A stretch of 64,000 nucleotides of DNA from a virus. Within the stretch, counting starts at the first letter, position 1, and the number at the start of each line of letters is the position of its first letter. The translations under genes and the position numbers were made by a program. Positions 7,758 through 15,840 of this stretch are shown here, in pieces. The notes beneath the pieces were generated by a model, which saw nothing but the letters and a program-made list of their open reading frames with translations, made no database searches and was not told the origin of the DNA. The stretch lies in IMG/VR virus record IMGVR_UViG_3300027608_000013. One strand, written 5' to 3'.

Positions 7758-8498
7758 ATGAAAAAAAGAATTCATGTTGGAAATGGCGCAATTGTATCAG
7801 ATGTTGCTAGTGTAGCAATTTATGTTAAAGAGATTAAGAAAACGGCAAACATTGCCACTACCGACCAAAAGGCATTAGCTGAGGCAATGGTAGCAGGAAG
7901 CATCGATGCCCGTAACAAATTGATTGAAACCAATTTACGGTTTGCAATCCAGGTAGCCCGTCAATATCAGGGAATGGGATTGAAGTTAGAGGATTTGATT
8001 GGGTTTGCTAATTTAGGATTGTTTGAAGCCGCAGAGCGCTTTGATATCACAAAAGGAGTTAAATTCATTACCTTCGCAGTATGGTATATCCGTGCCGAGA
8101 TCCAAAAGGCTTTGAATGACTTATCCAGAACAGTTAGGATCCCATCACACCGTACCGCAACTGAACCATATTCCACAAAGAGTATCCACACTCCAGTAGG
8201 CGATGATGAAAATAAAGAAACCTATGCAGACCGCTATTTGGAGGCAGAGAGCAATCAATCAGCACGCGAGACGGCGGATATGCGATTCGATTTGCAAAGA
8301 GCATTAGACCAATTACCAGACAAGCAACGCATTGCAATATGCATGAACTATGGCTTCGGCTATGAGTATGCCAAGCCAATGGAGCAGATAGCTGAGGAGT
8401 TAGGTGTTACCGGAGAGCGCGCACGTCAATTGGTAAGATTGGCTGAGAAAGGATTACAAGCAATGCCAGGCATCAAATTGTTGGAACAATACTTGTAA
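7758..8498 (+). CDS. phage-encoded sigma-70 family (RpoD/RpoS-like) RNA polymerase sigma factor
   Basis: Region 2 NKLIETNLRFAIQVARQY...EDLI...GLFEAAERFD...KFITFAVWYIR; RTVRIP; region 4 HTH MEQIAEELGVTGERARQL; region 3 looks shortened. Confidence 0.92.
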   Translation: MKKRIHVGNGAIVSDVASVAIYVKEIKKTANIATTDQKALAEAMVAGSIDARNKLIETNLRFAIQVARQYQGMGLKLEDLIGFANLGLFEAAERFDITKGVKFITFAVWYIRAEIQKALNDLSRTVRIPSHRTATEPYSTKSIHTPVGDDENKETYADRYLEAESNQSARETADMRFDLQRALDQLPDKQRIAICMNYGFGYEYAKPMEQIAEELGVTGERARQLVRLAEKGLQAMPGIKLLEQYL

Positions 8499-8590
8499 AA
8501 AAAGTTTCCAAAAAAGCAAAAATAGTTGGTAAAAAATTAGGTTAATTGGAAAAAAATGCTTATCTTTAAGTATAATAAAAAATAAGAGAT

Positions 8591-8707
8591 ATGAAAAAAT
8601 TAGAAATTCTTAGTAAGCCATACCAATTGGCAATTGCAGTATTAGTAATAGGCGGAATGATAGGATTCGTAGCCTATGGAATAATAAACAATGTAATCCT
8701 TAAGTAG
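8591..8707 (+). CDS. 38-aa single-TM peptide
   Basis: Read by hand, MKKLEILSKPYQLAIAVLVIGGMIGFVAYGIINNVILK; class A promoter and leader. Confidence 0.7.
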   Translation: MKKLEILSKPYQLAIAVLVIGGMIGFVAYGIINNVILK

Positions 8708-8708
8708 T

Positions 8709-8798
8709 ATGATATCAGAATTTGCAAGCAACCTAGTTTACCTGAGCTTAGTGCTCAATTTGTTTTTGATCCTTAAATGTTTAACCCATAAAAAATAA
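8709..8798 (+). CDS. 29-aa single-TM peptide
   Basis: Read by hand, MISEFASNLVYLSLVLNLFLILKCLTHKK. Confidence 0.55.
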   Translation: MISEFASNLVYLSLVLNLFLILKCLTHKK

Positions 8799-8802
8799 GA
8801 GT

Positions 8803-8889
8803 ATGATGTCAGAAAAAGAATTCGAAGCAATGGTTACACAAGTAACATTAGCAGTGCACGCAGTAATTTATTCAGGCCAATATAGCTAA
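8803..8889 (+). CDS. 28-aa peptide
   Basis: Read by hand, MMSEKEFEAMVTQVTLAVHAVIYSGQYS; AAAATAAGAGT leader. Confidence 0.6.
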   Translation: MMSEKEFEAMVTQVTLAVHAVIYSGQYS

Positions 8890-8996
8890 AAAAAGTTTAA
8901 AAAAAGTTTGCAAAAAAGGGTAACCCTTTTGTAAAAAAAGGTTATAATAGTATAAATTAGAAAGGCAATAATGCCGCAATTAAAAAAAGAGAGAAT

Positions 8997-9269
8997 ATGA
9001 AAAAATGCACAAAAAGGGAATTTGAAGGAATTGTTGATTGTATTGGAGTATTGAATAATTCATTCTCTGGACCAACCGGAGAGAAGTTAGGCCAATGCGT
9101 TATCTTTGCCGGAGAGGAGATGGGTTGTCTAAATAGAATGTCAAAAATACTTGAATTTGAATTCCATATAGTAGAGGAGTTTATTGACAGGAACAGCAAC
9201 AGATGCATTATTGTAGAGTTAGGCGCAGCAACTATTGAAACAGCTCCGGATCTAATGCAGATGAAATAG
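8997..9269 (+). CDS. early hypothetical protein
   Basis: ORF track; class B promoter. Confidence 0.7.
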   Translation: MKKCTKREFEGIVDCIGVLNNSFSGPTGEKLGQCVIFAGEEMGCLNRMSKILEFEFHIVEEFIDRNSNRCIIVELGAATIETAPDLMQMK

Positions 9270-9386
9270 TTAAAAAAAAAGTAAAAAAAGTTTCAAAAAG
9301 ATTAGGATCGCATTGATTTATTCCTTATCTTTATATATAGGAAGTTAGGGAATAGTCCCAAAGTTTAAAAAACAAAAACAGAGAGT

Positions 9387-9785
9387 ATGAAAAAAGCAGA
9401 TTTAATTGCGCAATTAGAGGGAGCAAAGGCGCTAACCTCAGTAGTATCAATCGACAATGTAATTGCATTAATCCAAGGCTTGGAGGCAGAAGTGCGCGTT
9501 GAAAAGCAGTTGGGCATGTCCCAGGAGTTAGCAGAAGCCATTGCTGAAAAAATTGAAAGAGCCTTAGATTATAATTCATCAGACTTAGTAGATAAAGATT
9601 CCGCAGAGTTTGAATTAAATTATGACAACCGTATTGAATTGAATAGTGTAGAAGTTAGTGTACGGGAAATTATGACGCACGTTGAAGCCGCATTGGATAA
9701 CTTTGTAATTGAAGAAGATGAAGAAGAGACGGACGGATTCATTGAGGCACAAATTGAAGCAGAGCAAGCTGCATCGGAAGAGTAA
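9387..9785 (+). CDS. early highly acidic protein
   Basis: ORF track; class A promoter. Confidence 0.8.
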   Translation: MKKADLIAQLEGAKALTSVVSIDNVIALIQGLEAEVRVEKQLGMSQELAEAIAEKIERALDYNSSDLVDKDSAEFELNYDNRIELNSVEVSVREIMTHVEAALDNFVIEEDEEETDGFIEAQIEAEQAASEE

Positions 9786-9787
9786 AC

Positions 9788-9853
9788 ATATCTCTCAACA
9801 TAGTCCCAGGGTCAGCAGCAATGTTGGCCCTTGCGGACGTAAAAGAGAGATAT
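9788..9853 (+). promoter_or_regulatory. hairpin that sequesters the leader of the next gene (GCAA tetraloop)
   Basis: ATATCTCTC(9788-96) pairs with GAGAGATAT(9845-53); GTCC/GGAC; inner stem 9808-9831 with a GCAA loop. Confidence 0.6.
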
Positions 9854-10039
9854 ATGAAAAAATTTAAAGTTATAACAGAAGCCCAATGGCGAGCATTAAA
9901 TGAACAATGTGACTTTGTTGACTACATAGGCGAATGTATACACAGAGGAAATACATGCTATCAGATGCAAATCATGAGTACTAATAGCGTCGACCGGGTC
10001 GTATATGATTATGTAATAATTGACCCAAAATGGCGCTAA
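9854..10039 (+). CDS. early hypothetical protein
   Basis: ORF track 9821..10039; likely start MKKFKV at 9854 after the GAGAGA leader. Confidence 0.7.
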   Translation: MKKFKVITEAQWRALNEQCDFVDYIGECIHRGNTCYQMQIMSTNSVDRVVYDYVIIDPKWR

Positions 10040-10121
10040 ACTTTTCTGAAAAAAAGTTACCAAAAGATTAGGTTCCTAACATTATTTACCTTATCTTTAA
10101 GTATAATAAAAAATAAGAGAT

Positions 10122-10385
10122 ATGAAAAAGTTTCCAGTTTACATCACCCACAACCAATTCGGTTACGCAAACCCATCTGCAATTAGTACTAGCTCCAATG
10201 AAGTTGTCTTTGATATGAATAAGATATCTGAGGAACTTAAGGCAAAGGTATTCGGCCAAATTGGTATTGTAGAATTAACCTGGGCTGAGATGATTGAAAT
10301 ATCAGATGCTCGAACCGCAGTGCGTAGAGTAGGTGCTAAAATGTTTGAAAATATTTTCAAAAAAGTTACCAAAAGATTAGGATAA
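10122..10385 (+). CDS. early hypothetical protein
   Basis: ORF track; class A promoter; C-terminus KKVTKRLG is encoded by the next promoter repeat. Confidence 0.75.
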   Translation: MKKFPVYITHNQFGYANPSAISTSSNEVVFDMNKISEELKAKVFGQIGIVELTWAEMIEISDARTAVRRVGAKMFENIFKKVTKRLG

Positions 10386-10456
10386 TTGAAATAAATTCCT
10401 TATCTTTATATATAGGAATTAAGAGTTATAAATTAAAAAACAAAAAAAAAGAGAGT

Positions 10457-11395
10457 ATGACAAATGTGTTTAAACCGGTTAGAATTAAAGGAAAGTTATT
10501 TGGAAAGAATGTTGCAAACGGAGAGATTGCAGGAAAAGATGTGATTAGACACATCCAGTTATTGAATGCCGAAAAGAACAATGAGATATTGTTTGTAGGA
10601 GTTAATGGTCGAGTAACACGTATGCTAGCATCGCAATCAACGACTCCAAGTGCACCGCAGAAGCTGTCATTTATGTCAGTTAAGCAGCAGCAGGATCCAC
10701 AGGTAATGTTTGACAATATTGAGCGCTTGACTAAAATGGTAGGCAAAGGCATCCAACCGTCTCTAGTAATTACCGGAGGAGCTGGAATGGGCAAGACACA
10801 CCTAGTAAAAAGTACTTTAGAAGGAATGGGCTTAAGAGAGTCATATGACTTTGTTCACTTCAAAGGTAGAGCTACCGCAGCCGGCTTGTTTATTACGCTA
10901 TATGAGAACAGCGACAAGATTATTGTATTGGATGACTGTGACTCTGTATTCCGAGATGACGATGCAGTTAATATTCTTAAGGGAGCATTAGACAGCTATG
11001 ACACTCGCAAGATATCTTATATAACAAGCAAAGCCCTAAAAGATGAATATGGCAGCGAAGTACCTCGTCATTTTGAATTCACAGGCAGGATTATCTTTAT
11101 AAGCAACATAAGCCAAAGCCGCTTGGATGAAGCAATTAGATCCCGTAGCTTTGTAGCAGATGTGGATTTGACAACCGACCAAATGTTTACCAGAATGGAG
11201 CAATTGCTTCCGACAATGGAGTCTCGCATCCCGATGGCAGCTAAGGAGCAAGCCCTTAGACTAATGAAGGAATTGGATGCCGAGTTTGAAGGCTTAGAGA
11301 TAAACCTCAGAAGCTTTATTAAAGCAGCAAGGATATGTGCAATGGGATTTGACGATCCAAAAATGATGATAGCAGAACAAATTATTGCTCAATAA
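10457..11395 (+). CDS. AAA+ family ATPase
   Basis: Walker A GGAGMGKT, Walker B IIVLDDCD, IIFISN sensor, AIRSR arginine finger. Confidence 0.85.
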   Translation: MTNVFKPVRIKGKLFGKNVANGEIAGKDVIRHIQLLNAEKNNEILFVGVNGRVTRMLASQSTTPSAPQKLSFMSVKQQQDPQVMFDNIERLTKMVGKGIQPSLVITGGAGMGKTHLVKSTLEGMGLRESYDFVHFKGRATAAGLFITLYENSDKIIVLDDCDSVFRDDDAVNILKGALDSYDTRKISYITSKALKDEYGSEVPRHFEFTGRIIFISNISQSRLDEAIRSRSFVADVDLTTDQMFTRMEQLLPTMESRIPMAAKEQALRLMKELDAEFEGLEINLRSFIKAARICAMGFDDPKMMIAEQIIAQ

Positions 11396-11556
11396 TCGAT
11401 CTCTCGCAAAGGGTCCGGCATCGCAAGGTGTCGGATTACTGCTGTAAAATAAAGTAAAAATAGTTGCCAAAAGATTAGGTTCCTAACATTATTTTCCTTA
11501 TCTTTATGTATAGCAATTAGGGAAAGGCCCTAAGCTTAATTTAAAAAATAAGAGAT

Positions 11557-11853
11557 ATGAAGACTATGAGAAAAGAGAGAGACCCTAAAGTGAGTGTTAA
11601 GAAGATACCACTAACAAAGGCAGCCATGATTACCAAGATGCAACTTACAGAAGCCGCAATGTTCTTAGAGTTAAAGAAGGCAGAACAGGAACATGGCAGA
11701 GACTCTAGATGGACAGCAATGCTACGCAGTCAATGGAGCACAGTGAATCAATTGATGGAGAACCTAGGCATCCCGACCGACTACCAAGCACCAGACAATG
11801 CCGCAGCCACAGCAATCATAATGGAACGCATTAGACAACAAGAGCAAGCATAA
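11557..11853 (+). CDS. early hypothetical protein
   Basis: ORF track; class A promoter and leader. Confidence 0.75.
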   Translation: MKTMRKERDPKVSVKKIPLTKAAMITKMQLTEAAMFLELKKAEQEHGRDSRWTAMLRSQWSTVNQLMENLGIPTDYQAPDNAAATAIIMERIRQQEQA

Positions 11854-11872
11854 GGCATAAGGCATATATATA

Positions 11873-12046
11873 AAGAACAAGGGGGGTAGGTAAGCCCCCC
11901 TATTTTACTGCCCCTATGCCCCCCCAAAAACAAGGGGGATGCCCCCCTAAGAACAAGGGGGATGGGGTGGGTTTCATTAAGGGGGTAACGACCCCCATCT
12001 AGGAGTGGGAGGTGATATGGCTTTTTCCCGCGCGGGGGAATTTTTT
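11873..12046. repeat. G-run/C-run hairpin cluster with 3x AACAAGGGGG
   Basis: GGGGGG..CCCCCC, CCCCCCC..GGGGG, GGGGG-TAACGA-CCCCC and TTTTTCCCGCGCGGGGGAA; non-coding. Confidence 0.75.
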
Positions 12047-12154
12047 GCTATATAGGTGCTCTTTATTGGATATGACGGTGTCATACACGCATTCCTAGGA
12101 ATCCTAGAACAATTATCTAGAAACAGGTATATTTATTCATATAAAAGGAACATT

Positions 12155-12403
12155 ATGGATCAAACTTATATAAGGAAATGGCGTCGCTTCTTGCTAGAAG
12201 ATGCAACACAATCAATTGATTTCACGGAAGGCAAAACATATGAAGTATACGATCATGATTGGGGTGATTGGGTACCTGCAATGTTTGTTGGATACAATTC
12301 AGCGGATGAAGACTATGTATTCAAACTTAAGGGCGGCCAAAATGAAGGCGATGTAATTACCATACCATATGAGCATGGTGATTCGGATATTCGACGAGCA
12401 TAA
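12155..12403 (+). CDS. hypothetical protein (N-terminal ...WRRFLLE tag; small beta domain)
   Basis: ORF track 12056..12403; likely start MDQTY at 12155. Confidence 0.7.
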   Translation: MDQTYIRKWRRFLLEDATQSIDFTEGKTYEVYDHDWGDWVPAMFVGYNSADEDYVFKLKGGQNEGDVITIPYEHGDSDIRRA

Positions 12404-12404
12404 C

Positions 12405-13121
12405 ATGATACGATTAAAGGACATATTAACGGAACGCGTCGTCCTAGAATTACCACAAGTAGAAAAAATTGCTACTGCCATGGGAGAAACGGTTGCTGGG
12501 GAACTAGGTAGAGGAGCCAATGGGGTTGCATATCGCATGCAATCGGGTCGCGTATTAAAGATTACGCCGGATGCCGCGGAGGTTGCACTTGCCACCAGAC
12601 TGCGTACTAAACGTTTATTTAAGCACATAGTTAATGTGTATGATGTGCGGGAAATTACTCCTGGGTATTATGCCATTATAATGGATCAGATAACACCATT
12701 TACCGAGAATCATCGCAGAATATGGGAGGAAGTACGTTATACCTATATGAATCCAGAAGTAACAGATTCAGAATTTAGGGACGATGTATTGGACCTAATT
12801 GCAGGAGCATACAAGACGGAACCTGATTCCGAATTTATAGAGCGTATCATACCACAGCGTAAGAGCTTAATGCGGGATTTCAACCAATTGCGTATTGTAC
12901 ACCGTGAAGCCCATGGGGGCAATATGGGATGGAAACCTGGAAATGTACTTGTACATTATGATGCGTGGCAATTTGAACATTATACCAAGCTGTCGGCTGA
13001 TATGCAAGATTATGCCAAAGTAATGGGACGTCCCCTAGGACAAGAAACGCCTCGCAACATGACCCCCACACAGCGTGGCTTAGGGGCTAAATTGAATATT
13101 GATTTAGAGGATTCACTGTGA
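12405..13121 (+). CDS. protein kinase-like fold protein with MIRLKDILTE tag
   Basis: LGRGANGVAY Gly-loop, VLKIT Lys, EAHGGNMG catalytic-loop-like motif, VHYD. Confidence 0.7.
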   Translation: MIRLKDILTERVVLELPQVEKIATAMGETVAGELGRGANGVAYRMQSGRVLKITPDAAEVALATRLRTKRLFKHIVNVYDVREITPGYYAIIMDQITPFTENHRRIWEEVRYTYMNPEVTDSEFRDDVLDLIAGAYKTEPDSEFIERIIPQRKSLMRDFNQLRIVHREAHGGNMGWKPGNVLVHYDAWQFEHYTKLSADMQDYAKVMGRPLGQETPRNMTPTQRGLGAKLNIDLEDSL

Positions 13122-13636
13122 TACGATTAAAGTCTATTCTAACGGAAATAAATATGGCGGGGCTTGTTCCATATGCCGCGTCATTCACCTGGAGAAAATT
13201 GGGTAACAACGAATTCTATGATACTAAGGTGGCGGCTGCTGGTACTGTTATTAACATGGTAATGACTTCCGATGATCCCGAATCCCGAGACTGGACATTT
13301 TCATTCTTTTTACCAAATAAAACCGATGACCAACGTTGGACAACCAATGCCAGTACTGCCTCTGCACCAGAAGGGTTATCATATCTTCGGGTAATGTTAA
13401 CCTGTGCGTATGCCATACGAGACTTTGCCGATACCTATAATGCCGATCAGATTGATATATCAGGTGCCGATTCTGGTTTTGGTAAGTCCGCCCAGAAGAC
13501 TCGCATATATCATGACCTGTTACTTGCAAATAAATCCATGTTTGCAGACTTTAAAATACAAAAATCTTTTACCGGTCACTTGTTTCTAATTAGAATACGC
13601 AAAACGGATGCTACAGGTATGGAGGATAACGTATGA
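13118..13636 (+). CDS. hypothetical protein, paralog of 13633..14280
   Basis: Shared PYA, LSYLRV, QKTRIY and DATGxED motifs; GTG start. Confidence 0.8.
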   Translation: MIRLKSILTEINMAGLVPYAASFTWRKLGNNEFYDTKVAAAGTVINMVMTSDDPESRDWTFSFFLPNKTDDQRWTTNASTASAPEGLSYLRVMLTCAYAIRDFADTYNADQIDISGADSGFGKSAQKTRIYHDLLLANKSMFADFKIQKSFTGHLFLIRIRKTDATGMEDNV

Positions 13637-14280
13637 TACGATTAAAACCATTGCTAGAACGTAAAAAAGCTAAGCGGATTCACTGCGCTGAATGCCCACA
13701 TAGTTGGCCTGTTTCAACGGGTGGTGCAGATCCGTATGTGTGTCATGAATGTGGCCATGACAATACCCCTAGCAAAGAATCGTTGGCTGAAATTACGTTA
13801 GGTGGAATAACACCATATGCAACCCAGTTTGCGTGGCAGGATGCTCAGGATTGGGATTCGGGATATGAAACTCGTGTCAATTGTGATGGAGTTACGGTGG
13901 TATTTGAAATGGGGTCACAATACTCGCAAGACGGGGAAGAATATTCTTTTGCAATTGCGATGCCCGGATCCGTGGCCGGTGGGTTTACCATATCACATGG
14001 TAGAAGTCATGTAGCAGGCCAATTGTCTTATTTGCGGGTACTGCAAACAGCAGGGGAAGCAATACTAGACTTTTGCAGCCAATATGCACCAACGGCTGTG
14101 GATGTAACCGGGTTTGACACGGAATCGGGTAAAGACCTTCAAAAGACACGTATATATCGAGGACTACTTCACGCCAACGCTGCAAAACTTGCAGCTGCCG
14201 GATATCACATTCTGGATCGCAACGGTAAATTATACATAGTGTCACGTAATCGATATGATGCAACGGGTATTGAGGATTGA
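13633..14280 (+). CDS. hypothetical protein with N-terminal CxxC...CxxC zinc ribbon, paralog of 13118..13636
   Basis: CAECPHSW...YVCHECGH; shared motifs with the upstream gene. Confidence 0.8.
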   Translation: MIRLKPLLERKKAKRIHCAECPHSWPVSTGGADPYVCHECGHDNTPSKESLAEITLGGITPYATQFAWQDAQDWDSGYETRVNCDGVTVVFEMGSQYSQDGEEYSFAIAMPGSVAGGFTISHGRSHVAGQLSYLRVLQTAGEAILDFCSQYAPTAVDVTGFDTESGKDLQKTRIYRGLLHANAAKLAAAGYHILDRNGKLYIVSRNRYDATGIED

Positions 14281-14376
14281 TGTGCGTATCCGTGAGATTG
14301 TTGTGCGGACCTGTAAGGACGCACTTATTATGTATTGATTTACAACGTACTATATTTATTATAAAATTGGATAATA

Positions 14377-14940
14377 ATGTCTCATATTAAATTAAAATCT
14401 TTGTTAAATGCACGTAGTTTAACAGAGGCGCCTCAATGGGGTAGAACGTTAACATTGGATCAATTAAACGTAAGTGTATGGATTCCTGCAGGTAATTTAA
14501 CAAAAGGAACTCGTATAAGCAATGAAACATGGCATGATAGTCCAATTATTGAAATTGATGTAAAACCTGGTACATTTGATTTAGAAGATAAAATTTCAGT
14601 TTCTATAAAAGCTGATATTGCAAAAGGCGCAGAGGAAATCTTTAAATCTACTGGCAATTGGAGTATTTATCAACAAAATCCAACAGGCCAAGGGGCTGGA
14701 GGATATGATATTACAGTGCGTAGGCAGCTCTCTACTGAAGATATACGATTTAATGCAGACAGTATTGTATCTTCACAAGAAATAGACGCAGCTAAAACTA
14801 ATGGAATGTCTTCAAATTTTAAAGCACAGCCTTTATACATTGTAATTCCACAATCAAATGTAGCAGAAGCAGATACTAATATTAACGGCGAATTCGTAAT
14901 TAAAGTACTTTTTTCAAAAAATACAGTAGCACCTAAATAA
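14377..14940 (+). CDS. hypothetical protein (IKLKSLL..LTE tag)
   Basis: ORF track; late motif upstream. Confidence 0.75.
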   Translation: MSHIKLKSLLNARSLTEAPQWGRTLTLDQLNVSVWIPAGNLTKGTRISNETWHDSPIIEIDVKPGTFDLEDKISVSIKADIAKGAEEIFKSTGNWSIYQQNPTGQGAGGYDITVRRQLSTEDIRFNADSIVSSQEIDAAKTNGMSSNFKAQPLYIVIPQSNVAEADTNINGEFVIKVLFSKNTVAPK

Positions 14941-14956
14941 TAACAAAGGATAAACA

Positions 14957-15769
14957 ATGACACTTAAATTAAAAGCACTTTTAGAAGGTTATGCGTGGGA
15001 ACGTAGAGCAGATGGATCTTTGCCTACCCTAAGAGATGCTATAGCAGTACACGCAGCCAATTTAGGCGAAAATGTGCTAGAAGATAAAATTGCTAAGGCA
15101 GAAAAAGAATTAAAACAAGTAAAAGATAAATGGTACAACTTAAATGATGTATCAAATCCATCGGCTACTCAACAAGCTGAAAAAGATAGACTTAAAAAAC
15201 AAATGGGTGATCTTGTAACACAGTTAAAACGAGATAAAAGAGAATTAAATACCGGATCGGCTGGATATAAGTCTAATTCAAATGCTAAGCCTGATTTTTT
15301 AGATTTAGACGGAGATGGCAATGAAACCGAATCAATGAAATCGGCTGCAGCTAGTGGTGATTCTTCGAAATATGGTAACTTTATCAACAAAGCTCGAGCA
15401 AAATCACATCTAACTAAAAAAGATGGAACTGTATACGGACATGATGCTTCTGGTAATGCAACTAAATTAAATAGTTATGGAGATGCTAATAATACTAAAT
15501 ATACAAAATTCACAATCAAATCAGATTCTGTAAATGAATATGGAGAACCTGATTTTGATCGTAGTTCTCAAATGTATGGTGGTGGTAAATCGTCTAGAGA
15601 GAGCGAGGGAGATATGTATGAGATAGTTGAGAAACTTGAAGATGTGCTCGATCGATGTATGCAAGATCTATCTACTAATTCCAATGTACCAACTTCAGAA
15701 AAAAGCTTGATACTTAGACAATTGGTTAAAATGTCAGATTTAATCAACAAATTACAAGATACCATTTAA
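14957..15769 (+). CDS. hypothetical multi-module protein (LKLKALLE tag; DLDGDG Ca-binding-like loop)
   Basis: ORF track; KPDFLDLDGDGN motif. Confidence 0.75.
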   Translation: MTLKLKALLEGYAWERRADGSLPTLRDAIAVHAANLGENVLEDKIAKAEKELKQVKDKWYNLNDVSNPSATQQAEKDRLKKQMGDLVTQLKRDKRELNTGSAGYKSNSNAKPDFLDLDGDGNETESMKSAAASGDSSKYGNFINKARAKSHLTKKDGTVYGHDASGNATKLNSYGDANNTKYTKFTIKSDSVNEYGEPDFDRSSQMYGGGKSSRESEGDMYEIVEKLEDVLDRCMQDLSTNSNVPTSEKSLILRQLVKMSDLINKLQDTI

Positions 15770-15814
15770 GATAACCTGCTACCCTAGGTTTTACGTTTTG
15801 AGGTAAACGTAGCG

Positions 15815-15840
15815 AAATGCGTCGAAAGGCGCATTTTTTA
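15815..15840 (+). terminator. intrinsic terminator
   Basis: AAATGCGTC-GAAA-GGCGCATTT followed by a T-run. Confidence 0.8.

Larger units (their letters stand above)
5858..8948 (+). promoter_or_regulatory. class B promoter/operator AAAAGGGTAACCCTTT...GGTTATAATAGTATAAATT, 5 copies
   Basis: GGGTAACCC starts at 5858, 6184, 6880, 7230 and 8918, with TATAAT exactly 25 nt later each time; each copy precedes an ORF. Confidence 0.8.
4486..11506 (+). promoter_or_regulatory. class A early promoters TTAGG-N19-TATCTTTA, 10 copies
   Basis: TTAGG starts at 4486, 4971, 5258, 6584, 7688, 8537, 9302, 10068, 10377 and 11475. TATCTTTA starts exactly 24 nt later each time. Resembles the Bacteroidota -33 TTTG / -7 TAnnTTTG consensus. 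Confidence 0.85.

Noticed and set aside
4528-11556. AGAGAG as a classical Shine-Dalgarno for an orthogonal ribosome
   Set aside because: The spacing to ATG (~1-4 nt) is too short for canonical SD-ASD geometry, so it is kept only as a speculative variant in the findings.
4460-11860. Integron or CRISPR interpretation of the repeat-gene-repeat array
   Set aside because: The repeats are promoter/leader units. No attC-type structure or integrase is seen.
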